A stretch of 64,000 nt of DNA from contig NC_069000.1 of the NCBI RefSeq assembly GCF_001194135.2, positions 3,478,169 to 3,542,168 on the forward strand, in the 5' to 3' direction. Position numbers and translations under genes: made by a program. A model generated the notes under the pieces. The model was given only the letters and a program-made list of their open reading frames with translations. It made no database searches and was not told the DNA's origin. This DNA comes from Octopus bimaculoides. Taxonomy: Eukaryota. Shown piece by piece: positions 1 to 13,679 of the stretch. Each line of letters opens with the position of its first letter. Within the stretch, counting starts at the first letter, position 1.

Positions 1-423
1 ACTTTTCGTCTTGACTGTTTACCTTTGTGAAGAGTTACGTCAATCCTTTTTAAAATATNNNNNNNNNNNNNNNNNNNNNNNNNNNNNNNNNNNNNNNNNN
101 NNNNNNNNNNNNNNNNNNNNNNNNNNNNNNNNNNNNNNNNNNNNNNNNNNNNNNNNNNNNNNNNNNNNNNNNNNNNNNNNNNNNNNNNNNNNNNNNNNNN
201 NNNNNNNNNNNNNNNNNNNNNNNNNNNNNNNNNNNNNNNNNNNNNNNNNNNNNNNNNNNNNNNNNNNNNNNNNNNNNNNNNNNNNNNNNNNNNNNNNNNN
301 NNNNNNNNNNNNNNNNNNNNNNNNNNNNNNNNNNNNNNNNNNNNNNNNNNNNNNNNNNNNNNNNNNNNNNNNNNNNNNNNNNNNNNNNNNNNNNNNNNNN
401 NNNNNNNNNNNNNNNNNNNNNNN

Positions 424-529
424 AGAAGAAGAAGAAGAAGAAGAAGAAGAAGAAGAAGAAGAAGAAGAAGAAGAAGAAGAAGAAGAAGAAGAAGAAGAAG
501 AAGAAGAAGAAGAAGAAGAAGAAGAAGAA
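424..529 (+). repeat. (GAA)n microsatellite bordering an assembly gap
   Basis: Pure GAA run directly after the N block; it produces the poly-E ORF artefact at 11..559. Confidence 0.95.
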
Positions 530-654
530 ATTTCCAGTAATAATCTAACGGTTTACTGATTCAAAAACAAACAAAAAGATTCCTTCATCATAAAAAGAAG
601 TTTTAGAGTCAGATGTGTGAAACATTTTTCTTAAATTAAAAAAAAAAACAACAG

Positions 655-867
655 GTAGCAGTTTATTTTGAAATTGAAAAGATACATGCTGAAAAACAAA
701 CAAGGAAAAATTCACTTACTAGCACCGTATTACAAAGAAGTATTAGATGGAAGCGGTTTAAAAAGATATTACCAAACAACCTCAAACACAAAAGTAGCAT
801 GCGATTAGAAGTGGAAGACAAGGTATATCGTCTTGAAAAGCTCACTGATTCATTCAAAGCGCTGTAA
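655..867 (+). CDS. Candidate terminal coding exon, unidentified protein
   Basis: After aacag at 654 the frame reads VAVYFEIEKIHAEKQTRKNSLTSTVLQRSIRWKRFKKILPNNLKHKSSMRLEVEDKVYRLEKLTDSFKAL* (70 codons) with a coiled-coil-like end. The acceptor lacks a polypyrimidine tract and no homology is recognised. Confidence 0.25.
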   Translation, partial: VAVYFEIEKIHAEKQTRKNSLTSTVLQRSIRWKRFKKILPNNLKHKSSMRLEVEDKVYRLEKLTDSFKAL

Positions 868-1509
868 CGTCTTTTCTTTGAATTAGAAAGTATTGCACTT
901 CCAACATATTGCAAAACATTTAATAAGAACATAATTTTTTTAAGCACATATAATATTGAATGTGGCCTTTTCGATTATACATGAGCGCAGTTGAAAACTT
1001 TAAAGTAGATGTTATTATAGCAGATCATACATATCTAAGGAAAAGAGGAAACAGCTTCGGAAAATTATTTTAATTTTCAACTAGAAAAGATTAAAAATAA
1101 ATATAAAATGTGAAAAAGAAACCATGACAATAAGATATCAAGACTAGACAAAGCATTGAACTGCTAATATGAGAAGAAAAGAAAAACATTTTAAATACGA
1201 AAACGATACCAAGAATAAAATCAGACCGAATTCATAAATCAGACGACGATAAGCATTGTCAAAGTCGTAAGGAATGATATAATGTAACAATATTGGGAAA
1301 AATCTATAAAAACGACTTCGTCAACGATCCCCTTAACATATCAACACCGAGAGGAAAATATCTTTACACAGAGAAGAACAAATCTACTCTATGAGCAAGG
1401 GCAGATAGAAAAAGAGTTCTCGTCTGACGATTGCAGACGTGTGGTCCAGGTGTTAATATAAGATTATACATTCAGTTTAATTAAGTATCATATATTACAG
1501 AATTGATTG

Positions 1510-1680
1510 GGTTCTTCCGGTTTTGATACCTCAGTGGCACACACACATATAGGGCTGGTTTTCACACAGGTACCATGTACCAAATTCACTCACAATCCAT
1601 CGATCCATTGGTTACAAGACACTTATCGAAGGGAGAAAATCCGAGCACATGTGGCTGCAAAGTGAATGTTTGTTAATCAT
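1510..1680 (-). mobile_element. Degraded SINE family B (CORE-like) copy
   Basis: taccaaattcactcacaa...caagacacttatcgaagg...catgtggctgcaaag aligns by eye to the copies at 3724 and 35001. Confidence 0.5.
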
Positions 1681-2599
1681 GGAACAGTAAATGCGCCAAT
1701 GTACACAAACACCCACACATACCCTATTAATTACTTTTGTACAGAGACATGATGTGAACGTCCGTGCGTATGTGTGTGTGTGTGTAACAGCTCTTATGAA
1801 ATAATTTTTTTTTTCATATCAAGAAGCTCACAAAATGAACCTATCTTACTCTGTCATCTGTCATCACAGAATTGCTTGGTAACATTCATTTGAATTCCAC
1901 GATATCTACATTCAAACAAACCTCGAATATAGATATCGAAAATTCCTATCCGCATTTAATTAAAATGACGACATAGAGCTAACTGAGACACGGTGACCAA
2001 TCACACACGCATACGACGGGTACTGTAAGATAAATATTGCCAGACTATTAACCGTTAAAATATTGTTATATAACTCAGTAACCCATTCTCAGTTCTCCTC
2101 TCAACAGCTGCTCTATATTTTATTAACTAATATTTTTTTCTTTACATAACTATGTGTTTTACTTCTTCCATCTATTTCATAACTAAACGGCCATTTATAC
2201 GCCTTTTTAATCTTATATATTTCCATTGATGTTTATTCGAAATTTTTTTTAATATTTTATTTTTCTACACGTTCATATACTAAGTAATATTTTAATCTTT
2301 CATAGACCTGGTATATTTTAATGCTCGTCGGAACATATTTTCAGTGAAAATTAATTTAATATTTTTTTTTTCTTTTAATATTCTCGAAAAATGTGTGAAC
2401 CTACGAAAATGAATGAAAAAATGCCTAGAGAAAATTTCATTAACTTAAACTGAAAATGTTTTAGATTTTTGCTAATAGTGACAATTTTCGTAAGTTTTGT
2501 GCAAAGAGCTATAAAGGAACGAACGAGATCGCGGCCAGCATTCGGTTCACATCTGCAATTGAAATTCTACACACGCGCTTCTAATATAGGTTTAAAATA

Positions 2600-2807
2600 T
2601 TTGAATAAGATCAGCAAGTTTGGGGAACGATTTAAGTCGATTACCTGGGCCCTGTGATCGAATTGTACTTGTTTTATCCCTCCCCCCGCCCCGCCGGATG
2701 AATGGCAAAGTCGACCTCTGCGGGATTTGAACTCAGAATCTCAAGACGGACGAAATGCTGGTAAGTAATTTTGCCCGGCGTGCTAACGATTCTGCTAGGT
2801 CACCGCC
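2600..2807 (-). mobile_element. SINE family A (tRNA-derived)
   Basis: Reverse complement reads ggcggtgacctagcagaatcgttagcacgccggg...gagttcaaatcccgcagaggtcgactttgccattcatcc, with A/B-box-like head; matches the 6759 copy. Confidence 0.85.
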
Positions 2808-2819
2808 TAGGTCACCATC

Positions 2820-3030
2820 GTGCTGGCAGAATCGTTAGCATGCCGGGAGAAATGCTTAGCCGTATTTCGTCTGTCGCTACGTTCTTAGTTCAAATTCAAC
2901 CGAGGTCGATTTTGCCTTTCATCCCTTCGGGTCGATGGAATAAGTACCAGTTATGCACTGGGGTCGATGTCATCGACTTACGTCTCCCTACAAATTTCAG
3001 GCCTTGTCCCTATGATAGAAAGGATTATAT
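2820..3030 (+). mobile_element. SINE family A
   Basis: ctggcagaatcgttagcatgccggg...gttcaaattc...gaggtcgattttgcctttcatcc...ggggtcgatgtcatcgac...agaaaggattat. Confidence 0.9.
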
Positions 3031-3652
3031 ATAAAGATAATTACATACATATATTTTTGTGTTTGTGTATGTATATATATATGTATTAGTATATATAAGC
3101 ATCCGTTTATATATGTTTATATTTTAGGTACTTCCCAATTTCATAAATTTATGAACGCTACCTTTTCATATTTATTTCCCTTAATTCCTCTATTATTTTT
3201 TTCCAAACTCCATTTTCGTTCACATATATTCCATTTACCATTCACTATTTATATATTCTTCAATTTTATTGTTATTCCCCTCGTATTTCCATTTCTTGTT
3301 ATATATTTTTATTTCATGAATTTCTGCAACTATTTTTCTTTACTGCAGCAAAATTTACGATGTCGGAAAGATAATTATTTTCTTGCTGCTTTGTTTTTTT
3401 GCTCCTTTTATTAAATTTTGGCGTTCTTTTAGTTCAACTCCCTTTAGCTCTGTGTTGGCTTCTAATGTTCGTGAATATATCTTCGGTGTGGAACCTTTAT
3501 TATCTCAATATTGCAGATGATTTTCAAGACTCAGAAACAATAAAAGATTCTTAGCAAAATCTTTGGGTTTCGTTTCAGAATATAATATAACAGTAATTAT
3601 ATGTGTGTGTATGTGAGTGTGTGCATGTGTGTATTTGTTTGTGTACACACAC

Positions 3653-3723
<71 letters not shown>

Positions 3724-3725
<2 letters not shown>

Positions 3726-3865
3726 ACGGGCTTCTTTCTGTTTCCATACCAAATCCAGTCGCAAATCTTTGGTCGACCCGAGGCTGTAGTACAAGACACT
3801 TGGACACTTGACCAAGGCACGACGCAGTGGAACTGAAACCGGAACCGTGTGGTTGTGAAGCCAGT
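3724..3865 (-). mobile_element. SINE family B 5' half (CORE-SINE-like)
   Basis: cgacgggcttctttc...ggtcgacccgaggctgtagtacaagacacttg...cgcagtggaactgaaaccggaaccgtgtggttg. The central ccttgggcaagtgtc-like block resembles the CORE domain. Runs into (TA)n/(CA)n. Confidence 0.8.
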
Positions 3866-5161
3866 TGTATCTCCTGTGTTTATGTGCGTGCGTGCGTGCG
3901 TGCGTGTGTGTGTATATGTATGTACGTGTGCGTGTATGCTTCTATACATCATACTTCAGTGATAGAAGTCTTTGAAAGCATTGGTGAATGCAGTATAAAG
4001 AATTCAGAGAACTGCTTCATCACAAGTTCTCAAACAAAGTATTGAAACCAAAAGCAAAATAAATAGAAAGGTTGGCATTTTAATCTCGATCAGTAAATTT
4101 CGGTTTCTGAAAATGGTTATTATTATTATGATATCTACGTTCCTTCTATTCTAATTAAACATTTACCTTTTAGATTAAAACACACAGAAAATATGGCAGG
4201 ATATGAACTTTTGAACCTAACTTCTTAAGCAACGATAATTCGAGGACTTTTTTCACATTTGGCTTTCTCCAAACCCAATAATCTATATTGAACAACTTGC
4301 AACAAAGTTTATTTATTAACCCTTGTATAACCTCATCCACAAAACTAGTGTAATTCTTAGTATTCAATAATCTCTAATTAACAGATTACCAGCCACTCGC
4401 ACCCCACCGCTGCCACTAACTTATCACCTTTATCTACTTTCTGTTTTAATCTATATTGACTCACACAGCCAATAATCCGTACATTAACAAATTTCCGTTT
4501 ATTTATGATCGAAATATAATATTTTAGAAGCAAATTCACGCAACATTCATTTCCTAATACCGGATATTCTAGCTGTGATCGATCACTGAAAATATTGATT
4601 TTTTTTTTCCTTCCTTACTGCAGTACAAAAACTCGTTTTTATACATAATGGGAAAGCGAACTTGATACACAATAGCAAATAGTTTTGGCCACCCTGCTGT
4701 CTCTTCATTGATCATATCATTTTCATTTCGTTCTCCTAGTCAAAAGTCCGTTCTACAGACCGCTGGACAGTCGTTGCTCAATTTACTTTCGTTATTTTTG
4801 TTGGTATTAGCTCAGGTCACTTATGAACGAATAAACCTAGGAACAAACTTGTTCAAGCTATGTTCAAACAATTTTTATATAAGTTACACTTTATAGTCTA
4901 TCCTATATTCTACACTTTATACTTATATTGTATTCTCTATACTTTATAGTTTGTCTTAAAAACACCAAAAATGATGCATAATTTTCTTGCTTTTTTAGAC
5001 GATAGGTCAGCTGGGTATCAAAACGCTTGCGTTTAAATCTTTCAGTGCGAAATTAATTTTCGTGGTTATTCAAATGTGTGTGTATACGACAGGATTTGCT
5101 GAGATTTCATTTACGAAATCAACTGAAAATCCTTCAAGAGGTCCGGAGTTACATTAGAGGT

Positions 5162-5221
5162 GACTTGCGCAATGTGTCGCATACCATTTGGTTGGGTAGC
5201 AAGCTTCTTACACAGCCACCA
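5162..5221 (-). mobile_element. SINE family B head fragment
   Basis: tggttgggtagcaagcttcttacacagccacc is the reverse complement of the B head. Confidence 0.6.
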
Positions 5222-5782
5222 TATATGTATGTATACATATATGTATGTATACAGTATATGAGACTGAAATACAGATTGTTTTTGTTTTTGGTGTATAAGT
5301 ATTCTCTGAATTAAAAAAAAACTACAACAATATAATTATGAAGCTGTGATTTATTATATTTTCAAATAAAAATAACATCTCTACATGAAAGCTTGCAAGT
5401 TCGCTTGATATAAACAATGTAGAATTCTATCTGATTTTTTGCTGTTGTTGTTGTTTATTTGGTTGCTTCGTTTTTTGTTTCTTTTTTGTTATTTCAAACT
5501 ATGTTTATAAATTAAGGTAACACTGCACATATCATTTCAGGCGTCGACTATTATTCACTAAATGTTAACGTCGAATTCCGTTGTGTACGTACAAATGTCA
5601 TCTTGTTATACAATCTGATTTTACAGTTTGGCAGGTGAAAATGCCATATTAACAGTCGTTCTTACACACACTCACATACACAACACATATCTCATGAATA
5701 TACGAAATCAGACACACACAAACACACACCATACACACACCATACATACACACATAGATGGATATAAAGATATATGTATGCA

Positions 5783-5856
<74 letters not shown>

Positions 5857-6758
5857 CATATATATATGCATACACACACACACACACATTCATAATACAA
5901 GAGCATGTGTGTGGTAAGTTTGTGTTCATGTGTGAGTCCTGAAACAAGAGCTGTGAAGTAAATATAAATATATATTTCAGTGAAAATATCTAATATAGAA
6001 CTCAATATGGTTGTAGAATTTATACGCATATTTATTGTATGAAATGATATGTGCAGTCGAGTACGAAACACTTCAAGCTTTTTGGTAAAGATGTTTACGT
6101 CGAATTTTCCAGATACGAAAATACCGTACATCGTTTGACCTTAAGAAGGACTTGATTGGCAACCGCTAAGTTAACTTTTCTTTCACTCGTTTTGATTATT
6201 TCTGTGTTTCTACTTCTTCTAGTTGTACTCAAAAGCGGTGAAGTTGGTTTAGCTATTCGACTATATAGTCTCCTGACTATGATGTTACTGCAGTAACTGT
6301 TTTCAACAATGATGGACCCGATGGCTGCCGTGGAAATTGTTGCTGTTGTTGTTTTTGTTGTTGTGGTGGTGGTGGTGGTGGTGGTGGTGGGGTGCTGTCA
6401 TAAGGTTAAAAGAACAAGAAAACCAAACGCAACTTTAATGTCTTCGAGGAAAAAAAAAGGTGGACACATTAGATAATAATGTTACTCTATCTGCTGGAAT
6501 TTCCAGTGAATGGTGATGTCGTTGTTGAAATAATGGGCGACATATCTGGTAAAAGAAAGAATATCATAGTAAAAAAACAACTAACGTTCATAATATTTAT
6601 GGAGATAAGATACAAGTTCCCTGACTCTCGAGTTCACGATACGGTTTTGATTCGAAGTAAATCTAGTGCTGTTTTCATGTCTTCATTTCGTTTACGCTGG
6701 TTATGTTCTCAAGACTGTGCGAAAGAACTATAATGGCATTCCATTCCTCCATTAAGGT

Positions 6759-6988
6759 AGGCGGCGAGCTGGCAGAAACGTTAGCACGCCGGTCGAAATG
6801 CTTAGCGGTATTTCGTCTGTCGCTACGTTCTGAGTTCAAATTCCGCCGAGGTCGACTTTGCCTTTCATCCTCTTGGGGTCGATACATTAATTACCAGTTA
6901 GGCACTGTGGTCGATGTAATCGACCTAATCCCTTTGTCTTTCCTTGTTTGTCCTCTCTATTTTTAGCCCCTTGTGGGCAATAAAACAA
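6759..6988 (+). mobile_element. SINE family A, near full length, young-looking
   Basis: taggcggcgagctggcagaaacgttagcacgcc...ctgagttcaaattccgccgaggtcgactttgcctttcatcc...ccccttgtgggcaataaaacaaa; CpGs retained. Confidence 0.92.
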
Positions 6989-8094
6989 ACCATGGACGAG
7001 TAAGATAATACTCTGGACAAGCAAGTGGTTCAAGTAAGCTTATAACATGCAGATACAGAAGTTACATATAAAAAGGGCATCACAGGTATAGGTTTTAATC
7101 CTGGATCCAGAACAATAGATTTTACCCTCGGCTTATCCTATGTATCACATATTTTACACAACACGTATTTCTTTGGTAATTCATGCATCATATATGATAC
7201 ATATACGCAAGTGTTTTTCATACAGCAGAGTAACTGTGAATTTGTGAAGATCGCTTTTTTAAAAGAAAGCTAACTTAATGACTGAAGATAAGCATAGGCG
7301 TTAAGGACAAACAAATAAAAATGCTTTTGATGGACAAACAGCTAATATAAAACCATTTAGTTGGAAGCTCTATCCTCCAACTACATTGCACTAAAGCCTC
7401 CAGTAATATCAGTAAAGTAAAATGGACAAAACTAATAACAACAATAACAGCAACAATTGTTTCAGCTTTAAGTAGGTACACTAGTCATGTGTACGAACAA
7501 CAATTGGTTTTCATTGTGCAATGATATTATTTCGTGTTCTTATATCACGTTTTTGTTTGCCAAATTCCTTTAGCGCTAGCAGTCATAGATTCCCAATACG
7601 ACCGATTTTCGACATTTGAACTTTGCCAGTTAATAACTATAAACAATTATGAAATGGTACATTGTCTTCTCCAAGCACAAACAGTGATATCGTATTTCTT
7701 CTCTGCATAATTTGCTGTTAAGTATGAATATGTATATGTATATATATNNNNNNNNNNNNNNNNNNNNNNNNNNNNNNNNNNNNNNNNNNNNNNNNNNNNN
7801 NNNNNNNNNNNNNNNNNNNNNNNNNNNNNNNNNNNNNNNNNNNNNNNNNNNNNNNNNNNNNNNNNNNNNNNNNNNNNNNNNNNNNNNNNNNNNNNNNNNN
7901 NNNNNNNNNNNNNNNNNNNNNNNNNNNNNNNNNNNNNNNNNNNNNNNNNNNNNNNNNNNNNNNNNNNNNNNNNNNNNNNNNNNNNNNNNNNNNNNNNNNN
8001 NNNNNNNNNNNNNNNNNNNNNNNNNNNNNNNNNNTATATATATATATATATATGACGAAAGGTGTTGTGCTTACGGCCTAGTAAACACAACACT

Positions 8095-8255
8095 TACGCT
8101 AATGCATTTGGTATAAAAAAAACGATAGAATAAGATAAGTACTAGGCTTAAGAAAAAATAAGCTCTAGATTCGATTCGTTTGACTAAAAGTTCTTCAAGA
8201 CAGTACTCCAGCATGGCCGCATTCTGATGACTGAAACAAGTAAAGGATAAAAGAT
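8095..8255 (+). mobile_element. SINE family B 3' tail
   Basis: gatagaataagataagtactaggcttaag...ctccagcatggccgcattctgatgactgaaacaagtaaaggataaaaga; the same tail recurs at 9370, 23040, 37180, 45700 and 55083. Confidence 0.8.
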
Positions 8256-9369
8256 ATCATTATATAGACCATAATCAGTGAGATTAAAATGAAACGGTCT
8301 TCCATTGAGGAGCGAAATCTCATCGCTGATCAGTTATCTTATATGTCTGTATTTACGTTTATTGTTGGACATATCATAATGGTAACTATAAAGTATAAGA
8401 ACCCGAAAAACATTAAGAAAGAAATCTCTCTACTAGAATATACAAGGAAGATATCGGCGAGCACTGGGCAATAACCTCTTCATTTTTATTACAACTGGCA
8501 TCCTTTTTGTCGACGTCATTTATTTGTTTTTATTTCCGGAGAGTGTTTGGAAAGATACAAATATATATATGCATTATGGAGTTATAGTTTGAATGTGTTG
8601 TAGTTGTATTAATTCCTTTCGTTTGGGAAAAGTGTTGAAGCAAATAGCAGGATCCATTGTAATAGAGAAGCTAGACTGCATAGACTTTCTTTATCTGTTG
8701 ACAGTTGAACAAATTCTTTCCTGTATAATATATTTAAATACATGTTGGAGGATATCTTCAATTACATTCTTTATGGTTTATTGTATTTTATTATGTTTTT
8801 TTTTCGAGTGGTTTTATTACTATAAAATAAACGTCTTGCTTGTTTTTATTTTGCATGTTAAAGTTTGTTTTGAGCAGTACACTTTTTAAATCTCTGTGTA
8901 ACATTGCTGAATATTTACATGTACAGTATTTTTTACACAGGAACATAATCTGTGAATATGTTATGGGTTTTCTCACTCTCACAAAGACAGAAAGAAAGAA
9001 CTAAATGATGGCAGAGAGAAGGAAGTTGTGGCGCTGTTCATATAAATTTCAACAATTCGTATTAAACTATGTTGAACCTTGGAAAGCGAGAAGATGTGAC
9101 GAGCATGGAAAAATCATTTGACGCAAAGAAAGAAAAAGAAAATATTGAAACCGCCCGGATGAAACGAAATGCAAAACTGTATTTTGATTGGTGTATGGTG
9201 ACACTTAGGAAAAGCATGAGCGTTTCCTTAAGAGAATCACGTATATTGGAATAATATTAAAATATTCTACTTGGATATTTGAAAGAAAAAAAGAAGGAAT
9301 TGCATACAAAATACACTAGTAACATTAAAGTATGAATTTAATGATGGTGAAGCAGTGTATGTATACAGA

Positions 9370-9475
9370 CTGTTTTTTACTTGTTTTAATCATTAGACTG
9401 CGGTCATACAGGGATACCACGCTGAAGGGTTGACTCGGACAAATCAACCACACCACTTATATTTTACGCCTAGTG

Positions 9476-9480
<5 letters not shown>
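9370..9480 (-). mobile_element. SINE family B 3' tail, degraded
   Basis: tttacttgttttaatcattagactgcggtcatac...gcctagtgcttat. Confidence 0.65.
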
Positions 9481-9519
<39 letters not shown>

Positions 9520-9649
9520 GTTTCAGGAAAATGAAGCGGTAATCATGTCCTATGGAGACAGATGTGTCGCTTGAAACCTACTGGAGTATAGCAAACGCAA
9601 ATATTTTGGGGAAATGGAAGGAGTTGAAGACTCAGTTTCCTCGATTGCT

Positions 9650-9830
9650 TCTGGATAATTTGCTATGTGTCTTCTTGGGGGGACAGCAAGGCCTGCGTTG
9701 CTCCGTGCTACAAACCCACATTGACGGGAAGGAATTAGTTTAGAGGAGTAGTGCTTTGCCAGCGTGCCCTCATGACTGCACGAAGTTGGTCTCCACGCTG
9801 GAGTCGACTTTGCCGAAACCTTTGAACTGC
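9650..9830 (-). mobile_element. Possible RTE-type LINE 3' remnant
   Basis: Minus frame AWRPTSCSHEG...PSRQCGFVARSNAGLAVPPRRH resembles the WR..EG and CxxCG..GLxxH C-terminus of RTE ORFs (compare 57210-57800); GC-rich island. Confidence 0.35.
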
Positions 9831-10249
9831 ATGTGTACATATATGCCTGCATACAAACATGCGTACATACATACATATATGTGGTGATCCGAGTGTAGGA
9901 AGATTGTAAGCTTCGATCAATAAGTGGTTGATATAGAGAACTAAAAGTGGACAGTATACTACAAGATAAAATAACAATTTATTGACTTCGTGAGTTATCT
10001 TTTCCGATATCGAAGTTGTGAAGAATTCGATAAGCTGCTAGTTTCTATATAGCTAATAGTTAACAACTAAAGATTGCTAAAAATACAAATGAAAATCCAA
10101 ACAATAAAAGAAAGATTTTTTTTAAGCGTGTTAAACATTTAAGTCAGTTTTTGAGAAAGGAGAATGTCATCGACCTCTGTAGAGGAAAGTTTTGTATAAA
10201 ATGCACACTGAATGAATCTTTCTCTCCCCCTCTCTCTCTCTTTCTCTTT

Positions 10250-10280
<31 letters not shown>

Positions 10281-11515
10281 CAGGTATGTATAAATATATA
10301 TATATATATATATGGCTGTATATATGTATGTATGTATATATATATNNNNNNNNNNNNNNNNNNNNNNNNNNNNNNNNNNNNNNNNNNNNNNNNNNNNNNN
10401 NNNNNNNNNNNNNNNNNNNNNNNATATATATAGGACACATGTTGAATAGTAAATCTGTGATATATTTGTAAGTATGTTATGGTTGCAAAGAGAAATAGTG
10501 TCGTTGGTCGTAAAAAAAGACCAGCAAGGTGTTTAATATGTAAATCGGTCTCTTCAATTTTGTTACAACGCTAAACATGGATATTTGATACAGCCATTAT
10601 CTATAATTTTTGTCTTCGACTACAATATTTACACGGATGTATGTATTTGTATATATATATGTATACATGTTTATATATATACATATACATACATACACGC
10701 ACACATATATATAGGGAAAAAGTAGAGTTGTCACTAAAGATAGTTGCTAGAAATAAGAGTGAAAACAACACTTAATCACGTAAAAGTGCTCTCATTTGGC
10801 TAAGAATGATTTTGACTCTTATTTCTAGCAATGCTGCTGCCTCTTAGCACCCTCCGTGACAACTGTACTTGTTCCCTATCGGTTCTAGATTGCGAATGGC
10901 CACTTTAATAATTTATATATAACCATAGTGTTTTGTATTTCGTCATTTGACGTTACCTTCAATGTGTTGGGCCCTTGTGTCTAATAAAATAAATCAGTAG
11001 TATTTTCTTTTTCTTTTTTTTTTTAGATTTAATAGATGTAGAAATGGCGGTAATACTTGTTGTTATTGTTACTGTATTAAGAACAGAAGCATAGTAGAAG
11101 AAATGAAGAAGAAAGCAAGAAACAAAAAACTATGTAACTAGAATAAACACAGGAAAGAAGGACAGAAAAATATAAGAAGATGAACTAGTACTGAATTGAA
11201 AACATAGGAGCAGAGATAAAGATCAGGAGGAATAAAGAACGACTAGAAATAACATAAAAGAGTTGATACGAGGCAGAGCATGGCTGGTATATAGAGTAAA
11301 GTATAGCAGAACGAGAAGTGTAAGAGAGAAAGAAAAAACACAACAGCAACGAGAACGACGAAGAAAGGTCAACAGAAGGGAAATAATTTAGATAAATAAA
11401 TAAATACACGCATGTGAGTTGTGAATGTGTGTATGTGTGTCAACGTGTGTGTGTGTGTGTGTGTGTGTGCGTGTGTGTGTTTAAGGAGGAAATGAAAGAA
11501 AAAATGTGCAATATT

Positions 11516-11559
<44 letters not shown>

Positions 11560-11921
11560 CATTGATGTGAAAGGAAAGGAACTGTTTGGTAGAGAAGAGA
11601 GGAATAACAGATGCGAGGATAGGAAAAAAGATGACAATAAAAAGATAAGAATATATATATAAATATGCGTGTGAATAGAAACACACACACACATAGATAC
11701 ACACACACATACACAGATATTTATCCAAAGATGTGTATAAACAAACAAATACGTATACAATCACAAAAACACACACACTTAAATAAAGTGATAACATGAT
11801 ACATAAATAATATTAATACAAATAGACGTGTGCATGAATGTGTGTATGTATGTATAAATACATGCACACAGTCACAGATGTAAGCATATATACATGTATA
11901 TATACACATACATATGAATCA

Positions 11922-11960
<39 letters not shown>

Positions 11961-12362
11961 TACATATATACATATATATANNNNNNNNNNNNNNNNNNNN
12001 NNNNNNNNNNNNNNNNNNNNNNNNNNNNNNNNNNNNNNNNNNNNNNNNNNNNNNNNNNNNNNNNNNNNNNNNNNNNNNNNNNNNNNNNNNNNNNNNNNNN
12101 NNNNNNNNNNNNNNNNNNNNNNNNNNNTATATGAACAGGAACTCAAGTACATATTCGTATACTAAGACACACAAATAGGAGAGAACAAAGGAAAAGAAAT
12201 AGAAAAGAGCGCATATTTATTAGCGTGTGTTGGAGGCTTAACAAGATCTGAAAACGTACTCTGTACTGGCATAAAATGTTAAACTCATCTTGGTGGAAGT
12301 GCACCAGATTGCGTCCCTAATCTCCACATCTTCTCAGCTTTATCTGTCTCTCTCTCTCTCTG

Positions 12363-12393
<31 letters not shown>

Positions 12394-12444
12394 GTCTCTC
12401 TCTATCTGCCTATCTACGTACCTATCTATCTATCTATCTATCAA

Positions 12445-12595
12445 GTACTACTACTTCTTGCCAGTTGAGTGGACTGGAACAACGTGAAAGAACGAGTTTT
12501 GCTCAACGAAAGAAAAGAACACATCACCAGGAATCGAACTAACGACCTTCCGATCTTGTGTTGACTAATGTAACCGCTTAGCCACGGGCCTGCAC
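12445..12595 (-). mobile_element. SINE family C (tRNA-derived)
   Basis: gagtggactggaacaacgtgaaa...ttgctcaa...ggaatcgaactaacgacc...taaccgcttagccacg; similar to 52540-52678. Confidence 0.75.
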
Positions 12596-12611
12596 TGGCT
12601 CTAACACTAAC

Positions 12612-12716
12612 TTCGAAAGAACCACAGTGAAGCTCTTCAATCAACCGCTTTAAAACGAGGACCAGATTATCAAATATGTCTTTAGTCACATGGGACCGTT
12701 GGTCCGGCCCAGCTAC
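12612..12716 (-). CDS. Candidate internal exon (phase 0-0, 105 nt)
   Basis: Acceptor ctgcttctccactttcacag, donor GAA|gttagt. Only one frame is open: VAGPDQRSHVTKDIFDNLVLVLKRLIEELHCGSFE. No homology recognised. Confidence 0.3.
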
Positions 12717-13679
12717 CTGTGAAAGTGGAGAAGCAGACCACCCTATAGAGCATAGCTTTGTCAGCCTTCTATTATCATAACCTCTTGACACAAAAGATAT
12801 TACTGAATTCAGCAGCAATGCAATAAATTGTGCTTATAAATGGTCATACATATTTATTCATTGAATAATCGAAAGAAGATCAGCGCACGAGTATAGCTCC
12901 GTAGTAATAAAATAAAATATTAATAGTTAGTGAGTGCATTATAGATTTAACATATAAAGTAAGACTCTACATTATGAATCATGACTTTATTACAACCAAA
13001 TTCTAATGTTCACTGCTGTCTACTGTAAGAATATGACAATGAAAACGGAGTCAGTATTTCTTCAGTAAGAAGATGGGATCGAGAAATATTAGAATTGTAA
13101 ATGATCTTCAGAATATTTGTTATGCTAAAGTGTATCTCAGTGACTAAAAAGGAAGTATTTTGAAATTCAGTTAATAAAAAGCAATTAAAATTCACCAGTC
13201 ACAAATGCAATATAATACACACATACATACAAACATAAACGCACATACACGCATGTACAAGTGTGTGTGTGTGTACGTGTGTATGTGTAAACATAACTAT
13301 TCAAATAAGAATGCGCATAGATTTGTATACATATATATATACATATATATGCATGTGTGTGTACACACATTCACACACACATGTATATATAAGTAGTAGC
13401 AAGAAGAATAGAGTGAGCAGGTCCTTTTAATACATCTATTTACAATTCTTTCATCGGATTTTTTTCTCGTCAATCTTGCCCTATTATGCAATAATATAGG
13501 CAACTATTGGTTATTCTCTAGATGCCATTGAAATGTCACATGCTAAAAATGACTCTTGTAAAAATATATAAATCATTTGCTAATTACTTTTGTACGTAAT
13601 TCTGATAAGTTTGATTAGGCGCAAGTCATTTTAACAGCACCTGGAAAACAAACCAATGGTTACAAATGTTGATTGCAAA

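Noticed and set aside
11-559. 182-aa ORF with poly-E, and all other long ORFs containing X runs
   Set aside because: They are open only because of N gaps and microsatellites (GAA, TA, CA, AAT).
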